Below are positions 1-12,334 of a stretch of 64,000 nt of DNA, piece by piece. Origin of the DNA: Vitrella brassicaformis CCMP3155 (lineage: Eukaryota; Protista; Chromerida); NCBI GenBank assembly GCA_001179505.1, contig CDMY01000571.1, positions 186,001 through 250,000 of the forward strand, read 5' to 3'. A program made the position numbers and the translations under genes. Positions within the stretch are counted from its first letter, which is position 1; every line of letters begins with the position of its first letter. The notes beneath the pieces were generated by a model, which made no database searches, had not been told where the DNA came from, and saw nothing but the letters and a program-made list of their open reading frames with translations.

Positions 1-1204
1 CACAGGACAACAGATTCTCGAGTACAAGGGGGACTGGATGGACGGCAAGAGACACGGCAAGGGTGAGGAGCTTACTGACGGCAAGGTGATCTACAAGGGC
101 GGTTGGGCAGATGGAGAGAAGAACGGAGACGGCGTGGCGACGGGCATGCGGTGGGAACAGAATTACAGATACCACGGCCCGACACGCGACGGCAAAGCGC
201 AGGGCGAGGATGGGGAATTGCGAGATGGCAACGACCGTGTCGTCTACAAGGGCGACTGGCAAGACGGCAAGCGGGAGGGAAACGGTGTCGAATGTGCGAT
301 GTACAGGCAGAAGGAGGTGAAGGTCTACGAGGGAGAGTGGAGAGACAACAAACGGCATGGCCGAGGGACAGAGTTCCACCATGAGGACGGCCAGCTGTTG
401 TACGAGGGCGAGTGGGTCAACGGACAGAGGACAAACATAGGAGAGGGAAGGGTGGGCTTCATGCCGCTCCAAGACGACAAGAAAAAGCTGGTGGGCTACT
501 ATCACGGCGAGACCCAACACGGGGTGCCAAATGGGAAGGGGGAACTGCGATATGGCATCAATGTCGTCTACAAGGGCGATTGGCAGGACGGCAAACGGAA
601 CGGGAAGGGTGTCGAGTACGCAATGCATAGTCAGAAGATGGTGAAGGCCTACGAGGGAGAGTGGAGAGACAACATACGGCATGGCCGAGGGACAGAGTTA
701 CGTCATGAGGACGGGCAGCTGATCTACGAGGGCGAGTGGGCCAATGGAGAGAAGACAAAGAGAGGGAAGGGAAAGGTGGGCTTCATGGAGCTCGAAGGCG
801 ACCAGGGACAGGTGCTGGGCGACTATCACGGTGAGACACAAAACGGGCAGCCAAATGGGGAAGGGGAAATACGAGATGGCAACAATGTTGTCTACAAGGG
901 CGGCTGGAAGAACGGCAAGCAGCACGGCCAGGGCAAGGCATACTACGGCTACGGTGGTGGTCCTATGTTGTGGTTCGAGGGTGAATGGCGGGAGGGCCTG
1001 GCCCACAGCGGCACCCTCTTCCCGGACGGCCACTGGAGTGCGTACAAGAATCCTGACGGCACCCCCTATTGTCCCATCACGCCCATTCGATGGCAGGACG
1101 GACAGAAGATACCCGACAGGGACCTGGACGGTTATGGGACGAAATTGTATGAGTGGCTGCAGAATCAGGGTCTGTCGGGGTATTTCCCTGCTGATGCATT
1201 CTGA
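1..1204 (+). CDS. MORN-repeat protein, intronless in window; 5' end truncated by window edge (frame open from base 2)
   Basis: Repeated YxGxWxxGxxHGxG motifs (YKGDWQDGKREGNG, YEGEWRDNKRHGRG); frame is open upstream of the ATG at 38; stop at 1204. Confidence 0.9.
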   Translation, partial: TGQQILEYKGDWMDGKRHGKGEELTDGKVIYKGGWADGEKNGDGVATGMRWEQNYRYHGPTRDGKAQGEDGELRDGNDRVVYKGDWQDGKREGNGVECAMYRQKEVKVYEGEWRDNKRHGRGTEFHHEDGQLLYEGEWVNGQRTNIGEGRVGFMPLQDDKKKLVGYYHGETQHGVPNGKGELRYGINVVYKGDWQDGKRNGKGVEYAMHSQKMVKAYEGEWRDNIRHGRGTELRHEDGQLIYEGEWANGEKTKRGKGKVGFMELEGDQGQVLGDYHGETQNGQPNGEGEIRDGNNVVYKGGWKNGKQHGQGKAYYGYGGGPMLWFEGEWREGLAHSGTLFPDGHWSAYKNPDGTPYCPITPIRWQDGQKIPDRDLDGYGTKLYEWLQNQGLSGYFPADAF

Positions 1205-1754
1205 CAGCGAGCGTGTCTCTTGCCGCCCGGCTGTCTGGCTGTGTGTGTCGTCTGTCTACGGTTCTGTCTTTGCATTGGAGGGAGGGAGGGAAGCAGTGGC
1301 TGCTCTTCTCCTTCTTCTCTCTCTTGTATGGCTGCCTGGCTACCCATTGGTGAAAGTGTGTCGGACAAGAGACTGAGGACTCACACGCATCTGTGCATGG
1401 CAGTGGTATTTCGATTGTTGTCGGCCCTCCATCTGTGAGCAGTACAATCGACCGATACGCTGTCTAAGCACTCCCATCAGTATCTTGTCGATTGGACACG
1501 TCTGTATGTGCCTGTCTCTCTGGCTGGCCGACTGGCTGCGGGATTGAATGATCGATGGCCGTCTTCCTGCCGTCTTCCGTGTCTAAACAGAGGCCAGCCA
1601 GACAGACAGGGAGGGGATAGTGATCGAGTGGGTCTCTCGTGGGCGCCTGTCTCGCGTGTCTATCTGTCTCCCCAGACAGTAGGGCACAGCGTGAAACCGA
1701 CATCGCGTGTCGTGTCGACTTCGCGCGATTTTCGGCGCTTCCAAATCATCAGAG

Positions 1755-2933
1755 ATGATGAGAGCGATCGGCCTCCCTTCTTTTGGCGTGTGCGTTACCG
1801 TCCTCATTGCCCTGGCCACCGTGGCTGCCTCTCAAGAGTCTGACCTGGAGAGATCCGACGCCGACCAGAGGGCCTTACAGTTTGGTACGCAGTGGGAGAG
1901 GACAGCCTGACCTGACACAGTGTCTTTTTGAAAGGGGGGGTAGCGAAAGGCAGGCAAAGACAGTCATTGGAGGGAGATCTCCCTACCCCCAAATCATCAT
2001 CACGTCGGTTCCCGCGTGTCTTTTGCTGTGTGTCTCTTGCAGGGGGCCTTCCCGGGTTAATCACTGATCTGCTTGAAAGCGGAGATGACGGGTACGGTAC
2101 GCCGGCATCCGTACGTCTCTGTGTGTGTGCGTGAGAATCGTCGTGTGCGCATCGTCTTGCGTCTTGCGTCTTGTGTGTTGTGGGTAGAGATCCGGACGGT
2201 GAGCCGATGAACCGCAAGAACGCCATCTTCTGCGACGACCCTCTCGCAACCTCATGCGACCATCGGGTGAGTGAGTGATTGCCACCACACATACAAACCA
2301 AACCCACCACCTCTCTCTCGCCCACCCACAAGGACGGACGCCTCCATGCCTCTCTGTGCAGGGCAGGACCACCCGCAACGAGCGGTTCAAGGAGTACACC
2401 CCGGTTGACAGGGAGGAGTTAGACCGTGAGCGTGCGGAGAGAGACCGTGAGCGTGAGGAGAGGCGCAGGGAGAGGGAGAGGGAGAGGGAGGAACGGGAGA
2501 ACCTCTTCGCGTCCATCGCTGGTCGCCGGGAGAACGACAACCAGAACCAGATCGGAAGTGGGCTGTTCGGCCTGAGAACTCCTCCTAATCCGATAGCCGT
2601 AGGGCATACCCTTGCTTCCATCCCGCCCTCCGTAATGCTCCCTCCCTCTCTGTGTCTCTGTGCGCATCTCTTCAGGGCCCTCCCGCCCTGTTCCCCGGCC
2701 AACCGCAGCTGCCTCAGTTCGGTGGAGGAGGATTCCTCCGCCCGCAACAGAGGCCTGCAGGTGATGAAGAGAGCGAGAGCACGGCGGGGGCCATCATGAC
2801 AAAGGAGGACGCTGCTGCCGCCGGTGCCGGGACCGGTGGTGCTGGTGCTGGTGGTAGCGGTGATGCTGGTGCTGGCAGTGGCAGTGGAGGGGGGGAGTGG
2901 GGGATTGCTGTGGGGGCGTGGGGAGGGCGCTAG
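1755..2933 (+). CDS. Secreted hypothetical protein, about 5 exons, with (RE)n charged tract and Gly/Ala-rich tail
   Basis: Signal-peptide-like start MMRAIGLPSFGVCVTVLIALATVAASQ; GT-AG exons near 1755-1884, 2042-2091, 2188-2266, 2361-2598 and 2674-2933 join in frame. Confidence 0.6.
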
Positions 2934-3437
2934 CTAGGGGGACACTAGGTTGTGATTGTGGCGTGGTGTGGTGTGGTGGGGGATGCGGGTCGGTCCTCGG
3001 TGTTGCCATTTTCTCTCTCTCTCGGTCGTGATGAGATCAGATGCGATGAAATGTTTGTTGCATGCAGAGATCTGTGCCAATTGTGGTTTCCCGTGCCCCT
3101 CTGTGTGTGTGCCTTGACGTGCCTATGTGCCTCTTTGCTGGGGGGAGGGAGCTTGCTGCTTCTTCAGTGGCGTCAGTTGGTTAGGCTGGTGTCTCTGCCT
3201 CTTTGCCTCTGTCTGTTCAAATTTTGGCCGCGGCCGCTTTGGCCGCCCGGGGCACCTAGTGGGTTGACAGTGACAAAGACATTAGCACTAGCGCAACACA
3301 CACAGAGACACTGACTGAGGCACAGAGACACACAGACACTAGCACCGTTCTGACCTATCAATCAACGCACACACACACACACACACGTCTGTGTCTGTGT
3401 CTGTGTCTGTGTCGATGTCTCAATGAATGGCTTCTAT

Positions 3438-3716
3438 CTATATGATGCCGCTGGCCCAGAAAAAGTCGTCCATCAGGTCCACCTCGTCGCTGCCTGCACA
3501 ACAACCATCCACACACACACACACATCCATCCATCGATCCGTCGATCCATTGGACGTACACACCGAGGAAATCACTCTCAGGCAGCAGCACCACGTTGTC
3601 GTTGTCTGCGACACACACACACACAGAGGTGTGTGTGTGTGGTTGGTCCTCGCTCTGTTAACGACACCTCACCTGTCTGCACAGCCGGGGAGGTCGGTGC
3701 TGGTCGGTAGCACACG

Positions 3717-3751
<35 letters not shown>

Positions 3752-4924
3752 GGGGGGGAGGAGAGAGAGGGGGGANNNNNNNNNNNNNNNNNNNNNNNNN
3801 NNNNNNNNNNNNNNNNNNNNNNNNNNNNNNNNNNNNNNNNNNNNNNNNNNNNNNNNNNNNNNNNNNNNNNNNNNNNNNNNNNNNNNNNNNNNNNNNNNNN
3901 NNNNNNNNNNNNNNNNNNNNNNNNNNNNNNNNNNNNNNNNNNNNNNNNNNNNNNNNNNNNNNNNNNNNNNNNNNNNNNNNNNNNNNNNNNNNNNNNNNNN
4001 NNNNNNNNNNNNNNNNNNNNNNNNNNNNNNNNNNNNNNNNNNNNNNNNNNNNNNNNNNNNNNNNNNNNNNNNNNNGGGGGTAGGGGGGGGAGAGAGAGAC
4101 ATTCAGTCATTCGAGGTGGCGGGATGTAAGCTCACCAGGCATATTGGCCACGTAATCGTCAACTGCTGCAGGCAGCCCAATCAGGCCCCTTCAACACACC
4201 GCCCCGCACACACACAAACACACAAACACATCAGTATGTCCATGGCACACCCAATCAGACCTTAGGTAGGTACCGTGCTGCGGCCCTGTAAACGTCGAAT
4301 GCGATCCTCTTAACGTTCTCGTAGCTCAGGTACGAGGGCAGAGACACCTGATAAGCACATGTGGGTGTGTGTGGTGTGTGTGTTGGGGGAGGGGGATGTT
4401 CTGATTTACCTGGCCACTGTCGAGTGCATCGGCCATCTGGTAGACAAACGCGGCGAAATGGTCATCTGCACACACACAGAGAGGGAGGGAGAGAGGGAGA
4501 GAGGGAGGGAGGGAGGGAGTGAGACAGTGATGTGTGTGTGTCTGCGGAACTCTGTCACCTTGGATGTCAATCATCTCGAACTGGCGCGCCAGCTCTCTCA
4601 GCTCATCCGCCCTGTCAACACACACACACACACAGAGAAAAAGAGAGAAAGAAAGAGAAAGACATAAATTTCTCTGCACACACTTCACACACACACACAC
4701 ACACAGGCGCACCTGAGCTTTGCGAGTATGGTGTCGAAGAGAGCGGTCGGAGAGGGGAGTGGCGAGGAGACACCAAGTCTGTAAGTCTGCACCGTGGGGT
4801 GCGCCCTGCCCCTGAAGGCCATGTACTGCGTGTTCTTGCCAATCAGACCTTTCCACACAAACAAAGAGACACGCAAATACACTCCTCTCTCCCTCTCTCC
4901 CTCTCTTCCTCTCTCTCCCTCTCC

Positions 4925-4955
<31 letters not shown>

Positions 4956-5121
4956 TGAGTGGACATGCCGACCGTATTCGGGATGGGCAGCGAGGATTGG
5001 GAACGGCGATTGTGAGGTGGAGATGATCACATGGGCGCCGAGGTACTCGATGACCCTTTCGACACGCTGGCAGTCGTGTGTGCACTCGCTGCGCTTGCTG
5101 TAAGTCGTGACGACGGTCGGC

Positions 5122-5153
<32 letters not shown>

Positions 5154-5804
5154 GATCTCTGTCTCCCTCCCTCCCTCCCTCCCTCCCTCCCCCCCTCTGT
5201 GTGTGTGTGTGTGTGTTTGGTGACTGCCCGACCGTCGCTGTCGATGAGCGCATTGAGTGTCGGCTCCCACTGGTCGAAGTGCCGATGGATGTTGGCGTTG
5301 AAGATGAAGGCGGCTGACGGCCGGTCCTACACACACACACACACACACACGCACACGAGCAACAACACAATCAAAGAGACTTGTTGTGTGTGTGGGAGGG
5401 AGGGAGGGAGTGGCCCGCCTCACTTTGCCTTTGCCCGGTCTGTTAAAGCGGTGGTACAGCCCCTGGTGGCACCGCAGAGACAACCGGGGGTGCCGATTCC
5501 CACACCTGAACACACACACACACACATGCACACACATGCCCCTCCCTCTCTCCTTCTCCCTGTCTCTGCGCACGTGGTATCGTGAAAAGGCTCGCTGAAG
5601 AAGACGTTGAGCGTGATGTGCCCGTCGGTGGCGAGCCGCCGGGGCAAAGCCTCCCAGGCAGACCGCATCTCGTCGCTCCTGACACCCACACACACCTGCG
5701 ATGGACGTGTGTGTGTGTCTCTCTCTTTCTCTCTGTGTGTGCCTGCCTGCCTGGTGGCCCCGATGATGTCGAAGGTCACTGAGCTGATCCAACGGAAGGC
5801 ACAG

Positions 5805-5850
<46 letters not shown>

Positions 5851-6803
5851 TGACACACATTGACACACAAACACACAAACACACACACATATCCACACGG
5901 GTCAATGCTGACCCGTCATCTGAGTCGCTGGCGTCGCCCCCCCAGCCCCATCCCCATCCCCAGCCCGTCTGCCGGTGCAGCTGCTCCAGCGTGAACAGCA
6001 GCGTCAGCGGAAATGACAAGGAGAAGGCCTGCAACACACGCGCGCACACAGACAGACAGACAGACAGACAGATAGAGATAGAGGGAGGGCGGGAGGGGGG
6101 AGAGAGAGACATCCACTCATTGTGTGTATGTGTGTGTTGCGTGAGCGCTTCTCTGTCTCGTGTGTGTCTCCCCCCCCCCCCAATNNNNNNNNNNNNNNNN
6201 NNNNNNNNNNNNNNNNNNNNNNNNNNNNNNNNNNNNNNNNNNNNNNNNNNNNNNNNNNNNNNNNNNNNNNNNNNNNNNNNNNNNNNNNNNNNNNNNNNNN
6301 NNNNNNNNNNNNNNNNNNNNNNNNNNNNNNNNNNNNNNNNNNNNNNNNNNNNNNNNNNNNNNNNNNNNNNNNNNNNNNNNNNNNNNNNNNNNNNNNNNNN
6401 NNNNNNNNNNNNNNNNNNNNNNNNNNNNNNNNNNNNNNNNNNNNNNNNNNNNNNNNNNNNNNNNNNNNNNNNNNNNNNNNNNNNCGAGACACACACGAGA
6501 CAGAGAAGCGCTCACGCAACACACACATACACACAATGAGTGGATGTCTCTCTCTCCCCCCTCCCGCCCTCCCTCTATCTCTATCTGTCTGTCTGTCTGT
6601 CTGTCTGTGTGCGCGCGTGTGTTGCAGGCCTTCTCCTTGTCATTTCCGCTGACGCTGCTGTTCACGCTGGAGCAGCTGCACCGGCAGACGGGCTGGGGAT
6701 GGGGATGGGGCTGGGGGGGCGACGCCAGCGACTCAGATGACGGGTCAGCATTGACCCGTGTGGATATGTGTGTGTGTTTGTGTGTTTGTGTGTCAATGTG
6801 TGT

Positions 6804-6851
<48 letters not shown>

Positions 6852-7194
6852 GTGTCTCTGTCTCTCTGTCTGTCTCTCTGTCAGTCCGTCCTTGTGACCA
6901 GCACCTGTGGCACGTTCTCGTTGCTCCAGAATGCGCTGCTCTCTGTCGACAGGTCGCTGTGGTCCCACAACACGGGAGACGGCTCGGTGCCATTGCTGGC
7001 GTCGATGCCATTGCAACTCCCCGCTGCACGAACACACAGAAGGGCAGTTGCTGCGTGTGTGTGTGGCTTTGCTTTGCAGTGTGTGTGTGTGCGTGTTGTG
7101 CCGTGCTGTGCCGTACCGCACCGGCCAAGTGACACATTGCAAAGGCGGTCGCCAGCAGGCGAGCAGCAGCTGCTCTTCTGCGCCTGTTCCGCAT
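3438..7194 (-). CDS. MSS51/ZMYND15 C-terminal-domain-like protein, multi-exon, spans two gaps
   Basis: Spliced peptide SLSFPLTLL...VTFDIIGAT...GLYHRF...RPSAAFIFNANI...QWEPTLNALIDSDVPTVVTTYS...QSPF...KNTQYMAFRG parallels remembered motifs of ZMYND15/MSS51 (LTYPLT, YHLF, PDLVIGFNSGF, W..SL..L...VP..T.S, NPF). Last exons 3700-3438 end DDFFWASGII*. Confidence 0.65.
3776..4075. other. Assembly gap (300 N)
   Basis: N run flanked by G-rich tracts. Confidence 1.
5820..6840. repeat. Inverted duplicate (about 5820-6175 vs 6485-6840) flanking the gap at 6185-6484; probable mis-join
   Basis: 6485-6840 is the reverse complement of 5820-6175 (same exon AFSLSFPLTLLF...DSDDG); the outer junction falls in a (TC)n/(GA)n tract. 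Confidence 0.85.
6185..6484. other. Assembly gap (300 N)
   Basis: N run after a poly-C tract. Confidence 1.
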
Positions 7195-7367
7195 CGATCC
7201 CTCCACTCTGCCTGCCTGTGGGAGATGGCACTCGCACAACAAATTTTAACACTCTCACAGCGTGTCCTGATCAGTCAGTCAGTCTGTCTGTCTGTCTGTC
7301 TGTCTGTCTGGACGCACCTGTGCCCGTGGCGAGGAACCAACTACCCTCTGCACAAGCTGCAGCCTGC

Positions 7368-7393
7368 TTTAGGGTTTAGGTGCTAGGGTTTAG
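7368..7393. promoter_or_regulatory. Telomere-like (TTTAGGG) box cluster between divergent genes
   Basis: TTTAGGGTTTAGG-TGC-TAGGGTTTAG between the ATG at 7194 (-) and the catalase ATG at 7703 (+). Confidence 0.55.
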
Positions 7394-7702
7394 ACCCTCA
7401 AGCGCGCGCCTCTCTTAGTCTCGTCGGCACACCGCGGAGGTTAGAGCAGGTGGGAGGTCACCCGGCTGATTTTAGAAGGGATTCGCTTGCCCACAAACGA
7501 ATCGCAGTCAGTACTCAAAGGTGAGCATATCATTCACACACCCACTCGCACACTTGAGGGGGGTCGACAGAAAAGTGGGCAGACGCTCGGTCACACGCTC
7601 TCCCGTGCGTTAGCAGCGCTCGAGCACTTGCTGCACATCTTCTGCCCTGCTCTGGTATCATCGTGTGTGGTGCTCTTGTGGTGCGGTCCCTCCCTCGTTC
7701 AG

Positions 7703-8299
7703 ATGTCTTCGTCTCGTCCTGTGATCACCACGTCCAGTGGGTGCCCTGTGGATGACAACCAGGTCCCTGCGCCCTCGCTCGGTGCAGCCAGGGCTGCACA
7801 CACTTCCCCTGTGTGTGTGTGTGTGTGTTGGTGTGTGTTGGTGTCTGCAGAACTCTGTCACCGTCAGCAGCACTGGGCCGATAGCCATTTCCGACTTCGC
7901 CCTTATCGGTGCGTTCCTCGCCCACACGAGAGGAGGACACTACACACGCCCACGAGGGGTGTGTGTGTGTGTGTGGTCTGCAGATAAGTTGGCTCACTTC
8001 GACCGCGAGCGCATTCCTGAGAGAGTGGTGCACGCCAAGGGGGCGGCCGCGCATGGCTACTTCGAGGCAAGTAGTAGTGGGTGGCACAGAGAGAGGGAGA
8101 GAGAGAGAGAGGCATCTTTGTGAGCATCGTTGTGTGTGTGTGTGTGTGTGGTTGGTGCAGGTGACCAACGACATCACCAAGTACTGCAAGGCCAAGGTGT
8201 TTGAGCGCGTCGGCAAACGCACACCGGTCGGTGGTGCACACACACCCCTCCCTCCCTCTCTCTCTCTCTCTCTTTGGATGATCAATGCCCTCTGTGCCC

Positions 8300-8332
<33 letters not shown>

Positions 8333-8419
8333 CGTGTGTGCGGTGGTTTAGGTGTTTCTACGTTTCTCGACTGTGGGCGGCGAGAGGGGAAGCGCTGACA
8401 CTGGTGACTGCCAACCTCT

Positions 8420-8450
<31 letters not shown>

Positions 8451-11379
8451 ANNNNNNNNNNNNNNNNNNNNNNNNNNNNNNNNNNNNNNNNNNNNNNNNN
8501 NNNNNNNNNNNNNNNNNNNNNNNNNNNNNNNNNNNNNNNNNNNNNNNNNNNNNNNNNNNNNNNNNNNNNNNNNNNNNNNNNNNNNNNNNNNNNNNNNNNN
8601 NNNNNNNNNNNNNNNNNNNNNNNNNNNNNNNNNNNNNNNNNNNNNNNNNNNNNNNNNNNNNNNNNNNNNNNNNNNNNNNNNNNNNNNNNNNNNNNNNNNN
8701 NNNNNNNNNNNNNNNNNNNNNNNNNNNNNNNNNNNNNNNNNNNNNNNNNNNCCCCCCCCCCCCCCCCCGCCGCCCCCCCCGCCACACACAAGACTGTGAC
8801 GTCTGTGTGTGTGCGTGTCCTTGTGTATTCGACAGCTCGCGACCCCCGCGGCTTCGCGGTCAAGTTCTACACCGAGGAGGGCAACTGGGACATGGTGGGC
8901 TGGGCGGGGATCTGACCTGATCGTTGCAGTGCGATGTCAACACGCGTGTGTGTGTGTGGGTATGGTGTGTGTGTGCCAAACAGGTGGGGAACAACACGCC
9001 GGTCTTCTTCATTCGCGACCCCATCAAGTTCCCCGGTGAGTAGCGGAGAGACGTCTGATTGAGAGTGTGGGGGATGGGGATGATGCTTGTGTGTGTGTTG
9101 TGTGTGCAGACTTCATCCACACGCAGAAGCGCTGCCCCATGACCAACATTCCTAACCCTGACATGTTCTGGTGCGAACCTCGGCAGCCCCACTCCCACAC
9201 GCACAGAGACAGAGAGAGAAATGTCCATTCACGTGTGTGTGTGTGTGTGTGTGCCCCTGCCACTGATTGCCTCAGGGATTTCCTGTCTCTGGTTCCCGAG
9301 AGCATCCACCAGGTGACGATCCTCTTCAGCGACCGCGGCACGCCCGACGGCTACCGACACATGAACGGCTATAGGTGTGTGGATGTGGGTGTGGTGTGGG
9401 CGCCATCCCTCCCTCCAGCCATCCCTCTCTGTGCCGTGCCGTTTGTTTGTCGACCTGTCTGTCAGCTCCCACACGTTCAAGTTTGTCAACAAGGACGGCG
9501 AGGTGTCCTATGTCAAGATGCACTTCAAGACTGACCAGGGGATCAAGAACCTCACGCGACAGCAAGCCGGGGTACGTCCGTCCGCAGCGCAGATGAGGAA
9601 ATGTGCTACAGAAGACGCGATCGAATCTGTGTGTGTGTGTGTGTGCAGACGTTGGCAGGGGGCGATCCCGACTATGCCACACGGGACCTCCACGACAGCA
9701 TCAAGAGTGAGTGACCCGACCCCATCCTCCCCCCTCCCACGCGCACACACACACAGAGAGAGAGAGAGAGAGCGATGAATGGATGTGTGTGTGTGTGTCT
9801 GTGTGGTTGTTGTGCAGATGGTCAGTTCCCGTCGTGGACGATGTTCGTGCAGGTCATGCCGCAGCGGGAGGCCGCCACCTACAAGTGGAACGTCTTCGAC
9901 ATCACCAAGGTGAGCAACCTACCACACACACACACACACACACAGAAAAGGAGAGAGTGTGTGTGTGTGTGTGTGTGCAGGTGTGGCCGCACGGCGACTA
10001 CCCCCTGATCCCCGTCGGCAAGCTCGTCCTCAACCGCAACCCCGAGAACTACTTCCAGGCAAGCCAAGCCACCCAGCACCACACACACATTGCACTCCTC
10101 CTTCCCTCTGTGTGTGTGTGTGTGTCCATCAACACACAGGACACCGAGCAGTCTGCCTTTTCGCCCGCCCACTTGGTGCCGGGCATCGAGGCCAGCGAAG
10201 ACAAGATGCTGCAGGGGCGGCTCTTCTCCTACTCGGACACTCACCGACACAGACTCGGTGCGTGCGTGTGTGTGCATCTGCTGAGCCGTGTGTGTTGTGT
10301 TGAGCCATGGGGGTGTGTGGGTGTGTGCAGGTGCCAACTACGACCAGATCCCGGTCAACAGTGCGTGGAACTGCCCGAGGCACGACTACAACGCCCGGTG
10401 GGTAGTGGGCAGAGCAGAGAGGCGCGTCGTTTCTCTCTGGCAGCATGCGCAGGCATCAGTGTGTGTCTATATGTGTGCGTGTCGGTGTCTGTGCAGTGAC
10501 GGCCCGATGTGTGTCAATGGCAACAAGGGCGGCTCGCCCAACTATGAGCCGAACAGCGTTTATGGTCGGCGCAGACACACACGCAGAGAGAGAGATGAGA
10601 GGGAGAGGGAGAGGGAGAAGGCTCCACACACACACATACCATGTGTGTGTGTGTGTGCAGGCACTCCGGTGCAGGACAAGAGTTTCGCCATGTCGAGCCA
10701 GGCCATCAGCGGCGTTGTGGGCAGACACCCTCAGGCACGCCACACACTGACACCAGACACACATGCACACACACACACACAATCCTCTGTGTGTCTGAGA
10801 ATATGCGCGTGTGTGTGCGTGTTCATTGTGTGCAGGTGCACCCCAACAGCGACTTCGAGCAGGCCGGCAACCTCTATCGCAAAGTCAGCCACCCACACGC
10901 ACACACACACACACACACATAGAGAGAGAGAGGGGGAGGGCGTATTGTGGTGTGCTCATGTGTGTGTGTGTGTGTGTGTGCAGGTGATGACCCGCGAGGA
11001 CCGCGACCATCTGATTGACAACATCGTCTCCCACCTCAAGAACGCCAAGCGAGAGGTACACACACAACAGAGAGAGGAAGAGGGGGAGAGAGAGAGAACG
11101 AGGCCACTTTCTGTGCTTTGGTGTGTGGATGGATGGATGTGTGTGTGTGTGTGTGCAGATCCAGGAGCGTCAGGTGAAGGTCTTCGCCCGCGCTGATGCC
11201 GAGTACGGCCAGAGGGTGGCTCAGGTCAGTGCATGCCCCTACCCACACAGACACAGACACAGAGAGAGAGAGAGAAGAGAGACAGAGCGGGACACTCAGA
11301 TCATCTTGTGTGTGTGGGTGTGTGGGTGTGTCAGGGGCTGGGCCTCCCCTCTTCGGTGCTGTATGCGTCTGCCATGTGA
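7703..11379 (+). CDS. CAT: Monofunctional heme catalase, about 21 exons
   Basis: [15 protein letters not shown] (catalytic His), [38 protein letters not shown] (Asn), [16 protein letters not shown] (proximal Tyr); ends LYASAM*. Confidence 0.98.
8452..8751. other. Assembly gap (300 N) inside a catalase intron
   Basis: Poly-C on both sides; flanking exons join as GSADT|ARDPRGF, so no exon appears to be missing. Confidence 1.
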
Positions 11380-12334
11380 ACACCACACACCCCACACACA
11401 CACACACACATCGACAGCACACTTGGATGGGTGGCTGGAGCGATACGATGAACAGTGCCGTCGTGTGTGGACGTCGTCCTTTGTCTTTTCTTCTCTCTCG
11501 ATGATTTTCGGTTCGGTCTCTCCGTGCAGTGCAGTTTCCTTCTCTACGTCTATGCCTGTGTCTGTATCTGTGTGTCTGTATGTCTGTGTCTGCCTGTGTG
11601 TGAGTGAAAGGGCTACTGCCCACGCGACGCAATGCAACGCAACACCAAGAGAGAGAGAGAGAGATGCCTTTTTAGATTTGTAGATCCGCCCATTAGACGC
11701 CCATGTGCGCGTGTGACTGCCGGCTGTCTGCACGTCTTGTCTGCCTGCACGGTGGCTGTTGCGGCTGTGTTTTTCCCCTCTATTATGTCGACGCATTCTT
11801 CCGCGCATCACACTCATGTGTGTGTGCGCTATTTTTCCCGTGGCCGGTCACACACAGGTACATGCACACGTAGACGCGATGCTTCTTGGGGTGCGCGGCA
11901 GGTCCACACACCCACACACACGGGGAGGGATGAACAGACGGATATATCTTGGATGGACGCAGTCATTTTCGCGCTCTGTGTGGGGTGTGCGTGATGTGTG
12001 TGTGTGAGACTGATGTTACATGGCCGTGGGTTGCCACGCAGCTCACGGCCACCTGGTTGCACGAGCATGTGGATCTGCGTGGAGTGCTTGTGGGTGTGGG
12101 TGGACCGGGGGAACGGACAGACATCTAGCTACACAGCGATGTATGTATACTCGTCGTTCACTATAAAGTCCGCCGTCAACAAGTCAATGCAGTGACAAAA
12201 ATGCAGCAGCAAAATGTGGCGTCGGTGTGTGGACAGACACTCCAATCGACACAGACACAGACACAAAGTGGACCATCAGAACCTCAGTCCCTCTACGCCC
12301 TCTGCCGTGTCTTCTTTCTCATGCCGTGCGTCAG

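Noticed and set aside
1860-1884. PEXEL-like export motif (RALQF) in the secreted protein at 1755
   Set aside because: Position 5 is Phe rather than E/Q/D, so it does not fit RxLx[EQD].
4400-4610. EF-hand (FEMIDIQGD...) in the MSS51-like protein
   Set aside because: The motif appears only when reading into the intron; the spliced sequence is FEMIDIQDDHFAAF, which is not a canonical EF loop.
5820-6840. Inverted exon duplication as a biological hairpin or inversion switch
   Set aside because: It flanks an N gap and joins through a (TC)n/(GA)n tract; a mis-oriented contig end is the simpler explanation.
7368-7393. True telomere or chromosome-fusion scar
   Set aside because: Only two to three degenerate units in gene-dense sequence with no subtelomeric context.
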